A stretch of 63,813 bases of DNA, filler included, from Piptocephalis cylindrospora (taxonomy: Eukaryota), in assembly GCA_003614145.1 (NCBI GenBank). It is 12 parts of 12 records of this genome, joined end to end, with 100 filler letters (N's around TTAATTAATTAA, not from the genome) between each part and the next. Parts side by side here need not be neighbours in the genome. Positions count along the whole stretch, not along the records: positions 32,048 to 37,285 come from KZ988415.1; positions 37,386 to 42,602 come from KZ988416.1; positions 42,703 to 47,906 come from KZ988417.1; positions 48,007 to 53,210 come from KZ988418.1; 8 more parts are not named here. One strand, 5' to 3'. The notes beneath the pieces are model-generated. The model ran no database searches. It was not told the origin of the DNA and saw nothing but the letters and a program-made list of their open reading frames with translations. Position 1 is the first letter of the stretch. Each line of letters opens with the position of its first letter. This document shows, piece by piece, positions 35,889-48,319 of this stretch. The translations under genes and the position numbers were made by a program.

Positions 35889-37285
35889 CCCCCTCGACCC
35901 TCCGCCCCATCTTCCTCCTCTTCTCCAAGCCCCTCGGCTCCCCTGAAGGACTCATCAGGCCAGCAATCGTCAAAGTCCTTGGGTCGTCGTATTCGTCGAG
36001 TCTTATCGGCAAGTAGTCTGCGAGAATCCATCCGATCCTCCCGAGAATCCATTGTAATGGAGGAGGAGGAGGAGGAGGAGGAGGAAGGGAAAGAAAATGG
36101 ACAGTATGAGGAACCATTGGAGAGGAAAAAGACACCGTCCTCTCACGCCAAAGAAGCTCGTGGTTCTCACCCAAGTCATCGTCCAACCTCATCCATCTCA
36201 GGCAAATCCTATAGTCAAGTCGCTAGCTCGGGTCATCATCGAACCTCCTCCCCTCATGGAAAGTCTCCCTTGCCAAGGAGGAAGGGGGAAGGCCATCATC
36301 ACTCCCCTGGGGCTGGAATACCCCGAAAGGCAAATGGTCCTTCGGATTCCTCTCCCCTCAAATCATCCACTAAGCCAGATGCTCATCATCATCCTAGTCG
36401 AGGGAGAGATCGGGGGTATACGCTTCCCTCTAACTTTCAACTGGCTCCTATACTCTTCCCCGGGATGAATCACTCCCCCGGCCCCTCCTCCTTCTCCTCC
36501 ATCTCATCCAGGGATGGAGCCATGGCCTCTGGTTCCGGGCTTTATACATCCCCCGGTGGATACCCTCCCTCTCCGGGATCCATGGCCCTTCCCCCCATGA
36601 TCCGACCCCCTAACCATGCCCGAACCTCCTCGTATGCCAGTGTCCGATTGGATGTGAATTCCCTAGTAGTCCCTGGTAGTCCCTCTTCCATTGCTTCTAC
36701 CTCCTCCTCCGCCTCCTCCGCCGCCCCATCCCCATCCCCATCCCCATCCCCATCGTACATGAACGGTCGAGGGATGAGCGGGGGCTCTCCCAGGCTAGAT
36801 CCTCATCGTGGAGGCTCCCCTATTCTAGGTCCTTATGGGAGCTCCCCGGGTACTGTCCATGGTCATGAGCATCCCCCTTGCTCTCCCCTCGGTTTGCCCC
36901 AGTCCCGGATAGGAAGATCCGGGCCATCCCCTCTCCCTGGAACACCCCTTTCTTCCTCTCCCTCCTCCTCCTCCTCCTCCCCTCCTTTACCCATCATGGA
37001 TGGAGGTGGAGGCTCTCGGGCCCAGGGCCTGGAAAGACTACGTCGTGGGGGCAGAAATGCAAGTGACCCCGGCCTGGCATGGACAGTTCAGCACACCCCC
37101 TCCACCCATTCCCCAAGGCCAGATCCCTCCTCCTCCTCTTCATCCTCTTATCTCCTTCGATGGCAAAGGGATGTTGACCTTTCTAAAGGTCTGAATGTCA
37201 AGGATGGAATGGAAGGAGACAATGACAGAACGGAAGATGAGAATGAGGAGGAGGAGGATCTTTCTTTGGCCCAGATCCAACAACG
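35889..37285. repeat. 1,397-bp inverted copy of 32048-33444
   Basis: Reverse complement with identical ORF translations and equal length; both copies stop at the same base at the two contig ends. Confidence 0.95.
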
Positions 37286-38756
37286 NNNNNNNNNNNNNNN
37301 NNNNNNNNNNNNNNNNNNNNNNNNNNNNNTTAATTAATTAANNNNNNNNNNNNNNNNNNNNNNNNNNNNNNNNNNNNNNNNNNNNGGTCATGATGGACTA
37401 AGGGAATAGGCCTCTTTGTATGGTTCATGGTGAACCAATGGAAGGGTGGGACAGGGACTGTGTTGTATTTGTATTGGGGCAAGTCGCCCTGGCAACAACT
37501 CCTTACCCTTTTCTTGCATCGGGCAATCAACTGAAAGCGGGGCATGTAGAGTGTATCTCCAGTAGACAGTAAGCATCTCCATATTGGAAATGGCAAGTGT
37601 GGGTAGGAGGGGATAGGAATGGACAGATGAGGCTTGCCGTTTGATGCGTCAAGATCTACGGAGCATTAGCATAGATACATCCTTGTCTTTAGCTCATCCC
37701 TCATTATACAGGTGACTATCTAGGGTGTGGCATGATTCAGTAAGACTCAATTTGACCAGAAACGAGGTCAAGTGTGTGATGAGGAAAGTACATCTCCTCT
37801 CGAGTGCTTGAACCAAGGACTGATTGAGAAGAGTCCTTTCATATCCCATATATATACCCGATTTTTTGATGAGATGGATTTTATCACACCTTTCAAAGTA
37901 AACTCCATCTTACCAACACCCTTCCCACTCGCTTCCACGGCCAACAAGACATCATCATGCATAACTTGATGGTGCTGGTGTCAGGATATATAGTCTAGTT
38001 CAGGCAACTCGTACGCACCTGTCAATTTAAAGAAGGATGCCTCGCTCAAGTTAACGGGTCATCATCCCTCCATACGGACAAAAGGGATAGAGCGAACAAG
38101 TGAGCGGGTGAGGTTTTATCGTCCTATCGGAAGCAGGAGTGTGGGGCAGGTGCGCGTGCCCCCTCCTCCTCCGTCTCTCACTCTATGACCCCGCACACAC
38201 ATATATAGACATACACACCCATACGCACCTCTCACACCTCTCACACTCTGACCCAGCATGAGAGGGAGAGATGGGTGAGGGACACACCCCATCAGGGCTC
38301 ACACTCCGACGGGCGGTCCGTCCTTTAAAAAGGAACAGTAACGGAGAGGCGGAGACCCAGCTTTTCCTCATGTGGATTTCACCTCTCTCTCTTCCCTCCC
38401 CCCTCACTGCACACACCCACACACTCCCTCTCTCATAGCCTTCCTCTCCATATAAAAGAGACATTAAGAGGGGCCTTTTCGTCACAGGCCAGGTCAACAG
38501 CACACACACACACACACACACACACAAACACTCCCCCTTTCCTTTCCCCCCTGATCCTTCATTTCTTTCTTCCTCAGCCACCCAGCCAACCATCCTTGAT
38601 CTTTCCTACGGATCCTTCTTTTGCTTACCTTTTCCCCAATTCCTCTCGTTCTCCTCGACTTGACCTGTCCTGCGGACCTCATGTCAGCAGTCTGTGTGTC
38701 CTGAGTTCGATCATTCTTCCCCTTCCCTTGTCTATCCAGTCTCTCCCGCAAAGACC

Positions 38757-39146
38757 ATGGCAAAGCCCAACGCTTATCTGGCCTCCTTGGTCCGTCTTCA
38801 CGTCCGAAGGCTCACCACCCAATCCGCCCACTCAGTCTCCGCCCTCCAGGTCCTATCCTTGCGGAATCAACGTCGTCTAGGAGGCCCCCATCCCTCTCCT
38901 GCCTCCTCGACTTCGGCCTCCTCCACCTCCCCCACCCCCTCCTCTTCCGCTGCCCCAGGCGCCACTCCCTCCCGGTCCTTCTTCAATGCCTCCGTCAACA
39001 TCCCATACGATGCCGCCTCCGCCAGTGCCGCTGCTGCTGCTGCTGCCGCAGCCGCCGTCGCCTCTGCACCCACCACAGCCCCGGTCCATCCATTGCCCGG
39101 AAGGGCAGCCATCATCACTACCACCCGAAAATTACCCAATAATCCC
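38757..39146 (+). CDS. N-terminal part of the Ptc7-like PP2C gene (presequence-like), separated from its body by an inversion
   Basis: MAKPNAYLASLVRLHVRRL... ends in APVHPLPGRAAIITTTRKLPNNP, the same peptide that begins the minus-strand PP2C ORF at ~42500-42431. Confidence 0.7.
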
Positions 39147-40886
39147 TGGACAAGGATGCTTATGATATTACCGTCATTTCCGTAAGACCCTTTTTCTTGG
39201 AGGAGGCTTGCGTAGAGTACTACACTACTCACCGCCCACCCTCTAGCCGACCAATTATTTTCTCTTCACCCCTCTTCTCCCAAGCACCACTGTAGGAACT
39301 CTGGAGATGCGTTCGCTTGTCGAGCCCATCCGGAGCGTATGCCGTCGGAAGAATGCTCGATTCCTCCAGGTAATTCTTTCTATCCTACCCCACCTGCCCC
39401 ATCCCACCCATCCACTTACCTCATCCCGTCCGATGCAGTGTGAAGCCCAGGAGTTGGATCTAGAAAATAAAGAAATCATTGCCAAGGACGATCAGGGAAG
39501 GACATACCATCAACCGTATGACCGCTTGATCATCGCTGTGGGATCTCAATCCATGACTTTTGGTGTTCCCGGCTTGGAACACTGCAACAAGCTCAAGACA
39601 ATCACAGATGCTCGGGAGACCCGGGCCAGGGTTATTGACTGCTTCGAGAGGGCCTCCCTCCCCACCACGACACCCAAGGAGAAGGAAAAGCTACTGAGCT
39701 TTGTTATTTGCGGAGGAGGACCGACGGGGGTGGAGTTTGCGGCTGAGTTGTACGATTTTCTTGTCGATGACCTTCCAGGGTACTTCCCGAGCATCTCCCG
39801 GGATGAGGTCCAAGTGAGCATCATCCAGTCCGGCGATCACATCCTCAATACGTATGACAAGGAGATCTCGTCATACACGGAGCAGCACTTTTCCCGCAGT
39901 CACATCAACGTCATCACCAACCATCGAGTCCGGGCCGTGGCTGAGGACCATATTGTGTATGCCCGAAAGCCCACCAAAGATGACCCGAACCCCGAAGAGA
40001 AGATCCTGCCTTTTGGAATGTGCATGTGGACTACGGGTATTGCCATGACCCCCTTTACCAAGCACCTCAAGGAACAGTTGGGTGGGGCGCAGAAGAATGC
40101 TCGGGCTCTCGAGACAGACTCGCGTCTCCGGGTCGCCGGAGTCCCAGATGGGAGTGTTTATGCCCTTGGGGACTGCAGTACAATCATGAACCCCAAGCTG
40201 GTTCGAGGGATCGTGGAGTACTTTGAGGAGGCTGATACCAATCACGACGGGGTGCTGGACCACGATGAGTTCGCCCATCTGTCCCAGGCGCTTATTCGCC
40301 GGTTCCCTCATACTGAGATGCACCTTTCCAAGGCCGGTGAGATATTTAGGATGTACGATAAGGACGGTACGGGCTCTATTGATCTAGATGAGTTCCGAGT
40401 CCTTCTTTCCGATATTGATCAACGATCCACAACACTTCCAGCTGTGAGTAGCGTGAATTGGCTTGTGAGGAGAGAGAGAGAGAGAGAGAGGGGGGGAGTA
40501 GAGACGTTGGCTGATCAATTCAACTATCATACTTTTTCTAGACGGCCCAAGTGGCGGCTCAACAGGGAAAGTATTTAGCCAAGAAGTTGAACACGCTAGC
40601 AGCCCATAGCCTGGGCATGCCAGGAAATGCGGGAGATGGGGGTAGTGTGCCGTATGATGAGGCGCTCGCGCGATTCCACTACTCGCATCTGGGATCGTTG
40701 GCGTATGTGGGCGGAACGGCGGTGGCGGACTTTGGGGATGGGTTCCTCGTCAAGGGCCTCTTCGGGGCCAAGTACCTCTGGCGAGGCGTATACTGGAGTG
40801 AGCAGGTGTCTTTTCGGACCCGAGCCCTCCTTGCCCTTGATTGGACCAAGGAATTGCTGTTTGGTCGGGATAGTTCGAGGTTTTAA
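39146..40886 (+). CDS. Type II alternative NAD(P)H dehydrogenase with EF-hand insert (NDB/NDE-1 type), 5'-truncated
   Basis: Introns 39182-39246, 39370-39438 and 40444-40541. ISPTNYFLFTPLLPS, GGGPTGVEFAAEL, ALGDC, two EF-hands, TAQVAAQQGKYLA, FGRDSSRF. The first GxGxxG motif is missing. Confidence 0.93.
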
Positions 40887-41099
40887 TGCTCAGAGGGGAT
40901 GGGATTAGAGGAGCAATGATATATACGAGATGGAAGAGAGAGATGCAGCGCCTTTTCCCTTTGACCTCTTTCTCATGATACACATTTCACGATTGTATAA
41001 AAGAAAGGGGACTAGGAAGGCGGATCTATCTACATGGGGAAAACAAGACTCCTACACACGGACGCACAAAGAAGAGAGAATGGGGGGGAGGGGGACGGG

Positions 41100-42520
41100 C
41101 TAGCGTCGATCGGGACTATCCTCGGAGTCGGCGACGACGGCAACGACGACGGAGATATCATCGACCTTTCCCCCACTGTAGTAGAGACCCTCGGCGATGG
41201 CGCGGGACTGAAAGGGGCTGGCACCACATCGGGTATCCTCGCTAACATCCTTTGCTCGCTGGGCCAGGACTTGACTGACTTTTCTAGCATCAATCACCAC
41301 CTTTTCCTCCGGTCGAGGTGTGGGTGGGGGGGAGTTAGGAGATGAGGAAGGGGAGGGGGGTGGGGGGGAGGGGGGGCGAGATTTGCGAGGACAACCGGTA
41401 GCCAGGCCAACCGGGACAGCGCAGGCAGTGACGGTCTCGAGGATGTCCTCGTCAAAGAGATTGTCAAAGATACCATCACTTCCGAGGATGATGACATCAC
41501 CCCGTTGAACGCGAAGACGGAAGGACTGAGCATCGCTGGGCTGATCGGGGGAACCGGTGCCGAGTTGGTAGGGAAAGTTAAAGGAATGCTGCTGCTCCTC
41601 GGTGCGAAAAACAAAGTGACCAGCGCGAACAACGGTTAGACCACAATCACCAAGGTTGGCGACACGAAGCTCATCATCACGGAGGATGGCAAGGCAAGCG
41701 GTGGTGGACCCGACAATCCCCTCATCCTGGGCATCACGAGCAGCGAGGGTGTAGGAGCGTTCAAGGATATCGATGGGCTCAACCTCGTAGTACCGGGCAA
41801 AGGCATCCTCATCCACATCATCGTACTTTTCCAGCTCAGCACAGGCGTAGTGCATGATCTTTCGACTGAACTCCCCAGGATTGGCGCCCTTGGTCCCGGA
41901 CCAGCCTCCGACCCCATCAGCCACGCCAAGGGCATCGTGGCGATGAAAGTAAGCATCCTCCCCACAGGCTACGGAGAGGTATTTAGTAGAGGGCACGGGT
42001 GGGGTGAGAGGGACGGTGGTTCGGGACGGAGCCTTTCTCTGACGGTCGGGTTTTGGGAATCCGTAAGCGGCATGCTCAAAGCAAAATGATTTTTTGGGTA
42101 GGGAAAAGGGGTCATCGAGGGGGTCGCCCTGGATGACCATGCCAGATCGACCTGGATCAAGCCAGGGTGAGGGATAGGAACCTCCGGCTAGGGAGGTGGA
42201 CGAGGAAAGAATGCTAGTAGTGGTGGTGGTGGAGGCAGAGGAGGAAGAGGAGGAGGAAGAGGAAGAGGAGCCCGTGGAAATGGGGGTGGATAGGGGTCGT
42301 GGGGGAAAGGGGGGGACAAAGGAGGAGTTGGCGCCGCCGGAAGCTCCACCGGCATCGTAACCAGGACTCGTGCCGCCGCCACTGGCATCTGGCCCCGTCC
42401 CTTCTTCCCCTAGACCCTCGACCATGTCCGAGGGATTATTGGGTAATTTTCGGGTGGTAGTGATGATGGCTGCCCTTCCAGGCAATGGATGGACCGGGGC
42501 TGTGGGGGGGGCAGGGGCGA
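41100..42520 (-). CDS. PTC7: Ptc7/Azr1-like protein phosphatase 2C, catalytic part
   Basis: CGEDAYF, GVADGVGGW, GSTTACL, ANLGDCG, QQHSFNFPYQLG, GSDGIFDN, GGKVDDISV. Confidence 0.9.
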
Positions 42521-42702
42521 TGGGCGGAGCAACATCCGCTACGTGGCCCCCCTCTCCCACGGCAGGTAGGTCGATCTATCCTCCCCCCCCCCTCCCCCCC
42601 CCNNNNNNNNNNNNNNNNNNNNNNNNNNNNNNNNNNNNNNNNNNNNTTAATTAATTAANNNNNNNNNNNNNNNNNNNNNNNNNNNNNNNNNNNNNNNNNN
42701 NN

Positions 42703-43593
42703 AAGTTCCTCAATGACCTCCTCCGTCTCACCCCACCGGATCACCCAGATCATTCGGATCTTCGAGAGGCTGCCCTTGTCATGTCCAGGGTTGGCCAGGA
42801 GGTTGTCGAGACCATCCGGGAGACTGAGAACCAACAGCGTATCCTCGACATCCAGGCCGCTCTCGTTGGCTTCCACGGTAATCTCGTCACCAATGGTCGT
42901 CGGTACGTCCACCATGGTACCCTCATCAAGGTCTCCAGATCTGGGACGAATGAATCTCGCGTCTGTTTTCTCTTTGATGATCTTCTTGTCTGGTGCAAGC
43001 CTTCTTCCAAAGGCCAGTACCTCTTCCGAGGCAAGATCGACCTTCGTCGATGCGAGGTCTTTGAGCTTCGGGATGGCGATATCCAGTTGGTCGAGGGCCA
43101 GGAACCCTATCATCTCCGTCCCCTAAGTTCCGTCGACCGACACCTCTGGCTCTCTCACCTTCGTGCCACCATCGACGCTTGTGCTCGCAAGCGCAAAGAG
43201 GCCGCCGCTATCTCCAAGTATCCCAGTTCATCGGCCCTTCGTGCCCCGTCCATTGATTCCCTAGCGTCGGGTCGGTCCCGTGCTCACTCTGTCGACGTCC
43301 TCCTCTCCAAGTCTTCCGCCCCACTATCCCGCACGACCAGTGGAGGAAGTCGTCATCGATCTCCCTACCGATCCCACGCCCCCCCCTTCCCCGCCTCGCC
43401 CATTCCCGAGGGTCCTTTAGAGTGCGAACCTGTCCTGGAGGATCTCGCCGAACGCGATCCTATGCTCGTTGATGCCGTTGCATCCATGCTCGGGAGTGGT
43501 AAGCGCATTGGAGGAGCCCCAAGAAGGCCCCGACAACGTAGTGTCAGCCACTCGGATCTCCCCATCAAGCTTCCTTGGAAGAAGCGGCAATAA
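42703..43593 (+). CDS. RhoGEF DH-PH protein, C-terminal fragment
   Basis: LNDLLRLTPPDHPDHSDL (end of DH domain), then PH domain RRYVHHGTLIK..RVCFLFDDLLVWCK..WLSHL. Confidence 0.85.
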   Translation, partial: KFLNDLLRLTPPDHPDHSDLREAALVMSRVGQEVVETIRETENQQRILDIQAALVGFHGNLVTNGRRYVHHGTLIKVSRSGTNESRVCFLFDDLLVWCKPSSKGQYLFRGKIDLRRCEVFELRDGDIQLVEGQEPYHLRPLSSVDRHLWLSHLRATIDACARKRKEAAAISKYPSSSALRAPSIDSLASGRSRAHSVDVLLSKSSAPLSRTTSGGSRHRSPYRSHAPPFPASPIPEGPLECEPVLEDLAERDPMLVDAVASMLGSGKRIGGAPRRPRQRSVSHSDLPIKLPWKKRQ

Positions 43594-44158
43594 TTCCCCG
43601 GCATGGAGGAGAGGAGGGGGCATAAGCGTGTGGGCGTGTGTGTGTCTGTGTGTGTCTTTTTTTTTCCTGATGCGGTTTTCCTTTTATCCTCCCTCCCTCC
43701 AAACCTAGTCCAATTATTATATTCTTGTTCTATTTCATACATTCCACATACTCCAACCTTTCCATATCCCCCACTCTCTAGAGACCTATTCGTTAGCTGA
43801 AAAATATATGGCTCTTCTACTCTATTCGCATCCTCCCACAAACAATGCTGACACTGGCATGTGAAGGCGGGTCGGAGCTTAGGAGCAAGCGGCCCTACTC
43901 TCCTCCGCCCAGCCCCCACCTGATCCCTGTATGGTGGAGAGAATGACCACAGCTCCTGCCTATCAGCCCCGGTACAGGGGCTGCTTCATCTCCCCTCTAC
44001 CACCTGCGTCTTATTGATGACTACACAGGTCATTTCTTAGAGAGGAAACTAAATGCAGTATCCTCTTCATTCTCCTCTTCTCATCCTTCCTCTGATAAAG
44101 CTTCTCTCTCTTTCCCCTCCTCTCCTCCAATACATCTCTCTTCCTTTCTGTACTCCAC

Positions 44159-44964
44159 ATGTCCAACATTATTTCAAAAACTTCAAGTCGTATCCGGGGA
44201 TCCACAGTCGACTCGGGCCATGATCCCATCAGTCGACCAGGCACCCCGCGAGCACGCATGCTCAGGGAAATTCCACAGGTCACCATGTCCTCTCCTTGGA
44301 AGGCACCTCGTCATTCGAGACCTTCCAAAGAGAACGGCTCCCAGAAACCTTCCGAATTTCAAGCTCGACACAACATCCCACCCCAGGATATCGTCAAATA
44401 CAACTTGGCCCTGTGCCTTGCTGGCTTCTTTCGCTTCCTCCCGTGGGTCTCTGTCTTTCTCTTGGTCATCCTATCTCTCTCCCCTTTGGCTCGCTCTTTC
44501 CTATCCCGACCCGTTTGCCACCTCCTCCTAGTCTATACCCTTGGCGACACCATCTTTCTCCTCTACCAGTGGCACTTTACTCACACCCACCAACGTCTCC
44601 TACGCCCGCCGGATGTCACCCGCGCATCACGTGCCCGACTACTGGATCATTGCCTTGACAACATGATCGACCCTATGTACATGCTATCCGGCTGGTTTCT
44701 GGGTGCTCCGCCCGCCTCCATCTGTCGAGGCAATGTGGAAGAGTGGTTGGCGTGGGCCCTTTTTTTCGTTGATCCCATCCATCTGACCCTTCGAGAGGAA
44801 CAGGAGCTTACCGGGTACATTGATCATTTCGAGACCCTGGTCGGTCGGTCTCTACCCCCGGGGAAAAACCAGGACATTCGATGCATTCGTCTAAGTCTCC
44901 AGCCGTTTCGGGTTATTCCTCGACCCTTGGCCTACTACGGGGTACGTTACTTTTTTTTCCCCTG

Positions 44965-44997
<33 letters not shown>

Positions 44998-45883
44998 TCT
45001 CCCTCTCTCCCTCTCCCTCCCTCCCTCCAATACCCCCTAACCCCACCATCCCACGTAGATTATTGCTGCGGCAGATGGAGTATGTGGGCTCATGCTACGA
45101 TTCATGGGCTTTTCACCCATCCATCTTTCCAATTGGTCCGTATGGATTAGGATCCCCTCTCCCTCGGAAAAACACTCTAAATCTAAAAAGAAGAAAGGTC
45201 AGCCCATCGTCCTCGCTCATGGCCTTTCTGCAGGCATTGCTCCGTACATGGATGCGGTGAGGTCATTGGTCAAGGACAAAGGAGCTTCCCATCCCCTCCT
45301 CGTTCTTCACCTCCCCAACTTGTGCGCGGGATTTCCATGGATGGGTCAGGGCGATAAAGGATCGGTTCCGAGCATGGAACTTATGATCCCCGATCTTTTG
45401 CGCATTTTCCATCGCCACCACCTTCCCCCGGCCACCTGGATTGGCCATTCCTTTGGAAGTATCATCACCACCTGGGCCATCAAGGCTGGTAAAGGCCGTC
45501 TAGTGGGCAAATCCATCTTCGTCGATCCCGTGTGTTTTGCCCTCTGGGAACCCGAACTCGTCTACAATTTTGTCTACCGTCCCCCATCTAGCGCCATGGA
45601 TGTCCTGATCCGGTACTTTGTCGGCCGGGAGTGCGGGGTAGCTCGTTCCATTGGTCGACACTTTTGGTGGCATCAAAATGTCCTCCTTGCCCCTGACATT
45701 CCCCTTGGTAGCGTAGTCTTCCTCTCCGAATACGACGGCATCATCGACTCCTCCAAGGTCGCCTGGTACCTCCGACGATTCCCCCAGTCCTCAGTTCATG
45801 TCATCCCCAATATCAGACATGCCGAGTGGCTTATTCGACCCAAGATTCGTGACCGTATCTTGGCATCCATCCCCTCAATCTAA
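44159..45883 (+). CDS. Membrane-anchored alpha/beta hydrolase
   Basis: Intron 44942-45058. Two N-terminal TM helices, PIVLAHGL, nucleophile elbow GHSFGS, FVDPVCF, DGIID and C-terminal His (RHAEWL). Confidence 0.85.
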
Positions 45884-46154
45884 TCCTTTTCTCTTTTCAT
45901 TACTGAGCTCTATCTGGTAGTTTTATCTATTTGAACTGATAAAGTGTTTTTACTTGGTTCAGATTGATATTGGCTTCTGTTGTTTATACTTTGATCCAAA
46001 ATGGGGGGATATATTGTAAAATGAAGACGCATTTCAGGTCCAACTAACCCAGCTCTGCTCAACAGATGAACATACGGCTTTCCCACTGTAACTGCTACTT
46101 GAAAGATGTAAACACCATATGGCTACGCATTTGATAATGGATTCACCCCTCTAC

Positions 46155-46340
46155 TCAGTCGTGAGGAGGCCAAGGATCGAATAAACCGTCGCAGTTGTAG
46201 ACGGGGCAATAATAATACGGCCTAGAAAAGTCAGCCTTTAGCCGCTTTTCCATAGTTCCCGGAACAGGGGTGCCTTCCGTAGCTGGGGCCATCAGCATGA
46301 CTAGTGTGAAAGTAAAGACAATACACACAAACGATTTCAT
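46155..46340 (-). CDS. Small secreted prepropeptide (61 aa) with a dibasic KR site
   Basis: Signal-like MKSFVCIVFTFTLVMLMAPATEG, pro-region TPVPGTMEKR, mature LKADFSRPYYYCPVYNCDGLFDPWPPHD. TATAAAA on the minus strand at 46432-46426. Confidence 0.7.
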   Translation of the reverse strand: MKSFVCIVFTFTLVMLMAPATEGTPVPGTMEKRLKADFSRPYYYCPVYNCDGLFDPWPPHD

Positions 46341-47699
46341 GGAGTGAGATGGGAGAGAAGGGCAGTGATGATGATAACGATGGACTATTAGTCAGGGCGG
46401 CGCTTCACCTGTGTTTTCAGACCGTTTTTATATTCAAGACCGTTTGATGAAGACGCTCAGTTGGTCATAGAAGCTGGTTGATCATGGAAACTACCTGGCC
46501 AAAAAGCTCCTTTCCTTGAGTCAAGGTGGCGCTGCAGATGACCCGCCCACACTGCTATCACGGTGTGTGACAGCATGAAACAGGGCCTCAGCCCGCTTCA
46601 TTCACATTGCACTGAAGGGACGATTATACTATGTTTCTCAACTCCAGTCAGAAGAGAGTTTATGTGTGCATTCAGACTGGAAGGGAAGTCCCCTGCACTG
46701 TCGGAGGAAGAAAGGTACCTCCCCAGGCTTCTGGGCGGTAATCTGATAGTAAAGTCCGGATCGGTTGGAGGATGCTCCAATCGGCAAAGAACATTTCTGC
46801 GCCGAAACGAGGCCCCATCCCTTTTCTCGTCCTTAAGATTCCTTCACAGAGGATGGACTGGAAATTTAATGAACTTGATACTATAGTCGGTAGTATGTTT
46901 TTGGATAGAACGTGGGGTAGAGGTAGTATGTATGGATGGAAGTACGGGAACGAATAAGCGTTGACGTACACTGTCGTGCATGAATGCAGACAAGTTTGCT
47001 GGAGGTAAACGAGATAATAAAACGCATGGGAAACCACTAGGGACGATTATACAAATGCTTCCCAACGACCCTATTGTACAATCATGCTGTTAACGAGCAG
47101 TATGATAAATAGCTCTGGAATGTTAAAAATACCACAATCTCTTCAGTATTGGGTTTGCTTCAAATAGGTGGGGCAAAGCTGAAAAGAATCTTTATACAAT
47201 GTATCCTTGCCTTCTATGCTTCCATTAAGCGAAGCTTGAAGCGTTTCAGTTTGCGTATTGAAACACCCATCGTCTACCAGCTGGTCCCATCATCGGTTCG
47301 AATAGACACAGATTAGCATGCAACTTCCCGAGAACTTTCTTCTGCATCTCCAGCGTCTTATCACTCTACATGTAAAAACTCTCCAAATCATCACCACCAG
47401 AAGGGCAGACCTAAAACCTACTACGACCCTCACGATAGACGGGTAGTGTGTTCGGTACCATCAGTCTTTTTCTCATCGAGGGAAAACAACTCAGTTTCAT
47501 CATCCATTTATGACTCTCATTGTGCAGGCAATGATCCACGATCTCTGTACATTCATTCCCTCATCACCACCGTCGGGACCAACCCACAAACTTCCCAGTG
47601 TGGGCAAGCTGTGCAGGTTCATCCTTCTATTCCTCGCTACTCTTATCCACACGACCGACCCCATTTTCTTCTCATCTTTGTCTTCCCACCACCCTGCCA

Positions 47700-47772
47700 A
47701 TGGTACTCCCATCCTGGGCCCTCCTCTTTGTCGGTCTCTTCCTGGGAGTGACGCTGCTTTCCGTAGTGAAAG
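47700..47772 (+). CDS. Possible signal-peptide exon of a truncated secreted protein
   Basis: MVLPSWALLFVGLFLGVTLLSVVK followed by a GTACGT donor; the contig ends shortly after. Confidence 0.35.
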
Positions 47773-48319
47773 GTACGTGCATCAAGGACCTAGTGCTCCC
47801 CCCCCCCCCCCAAAAGCCAATACCTCCCGGCACCACCCGCCACCTTTCCCCGGGGTTCACTCACCTCACACGCCACCCTCCTCCCCATATCAAACTTCTC
47901 CTCGGCNNNNNNNNNNNNNNNNNNNNNNNNNNNNNNNNNNNNNNNNNNNNTTAATTAATTAANNNNNNNNNNNNNNNNNNNNNNNNNNNNNNNNNNNNNN
48001 NNNNNNCCCCCTCTCTCCTTCTTCCTTCCACTTCACATTCTTTTGTTATTTTCATCCTTTGACCCCCCTCTATCCAATTCATACTACTATACCCCCTTCA
48101 CTCCCACACCCCTTCCCCCCCCTTCCTCCCCCGCTCCCTCCTCCCTGGAACTTGCCCCCCCAAATTTCGCTTTCCCACCCCTTGGATTTCCCCCCCCCCC
48201 CCTTTACCCCCCCCCCCCCCCACCCCCCCCACCCTTCCCCACCTTCCCGACGACTCTCAGTCCTCCCACACCCGACCTCACTTCCCCCCCCCCCGTCTCC
48301 CTCATCCCTAGCTCCCGCC

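Noticed and set aside
35342..37285. Apparent CUL4 fusion and second copy of the Ser/Pro-rich gene
   Set aside because: Explained by the inverted-duplication junction at 35889.
37386..38050. Short ORFs at the start of contig 8 (also 10289-10627 and 52652-53143)
   Set aside because: No motifs or consistent splice structure found.
38694..39185. ORF read as the presequence of the NAD(P)H dehydrogenase
   Set aside because: Out of frame with the dehydrogenase, and its end matches the PP2C ORF instead.
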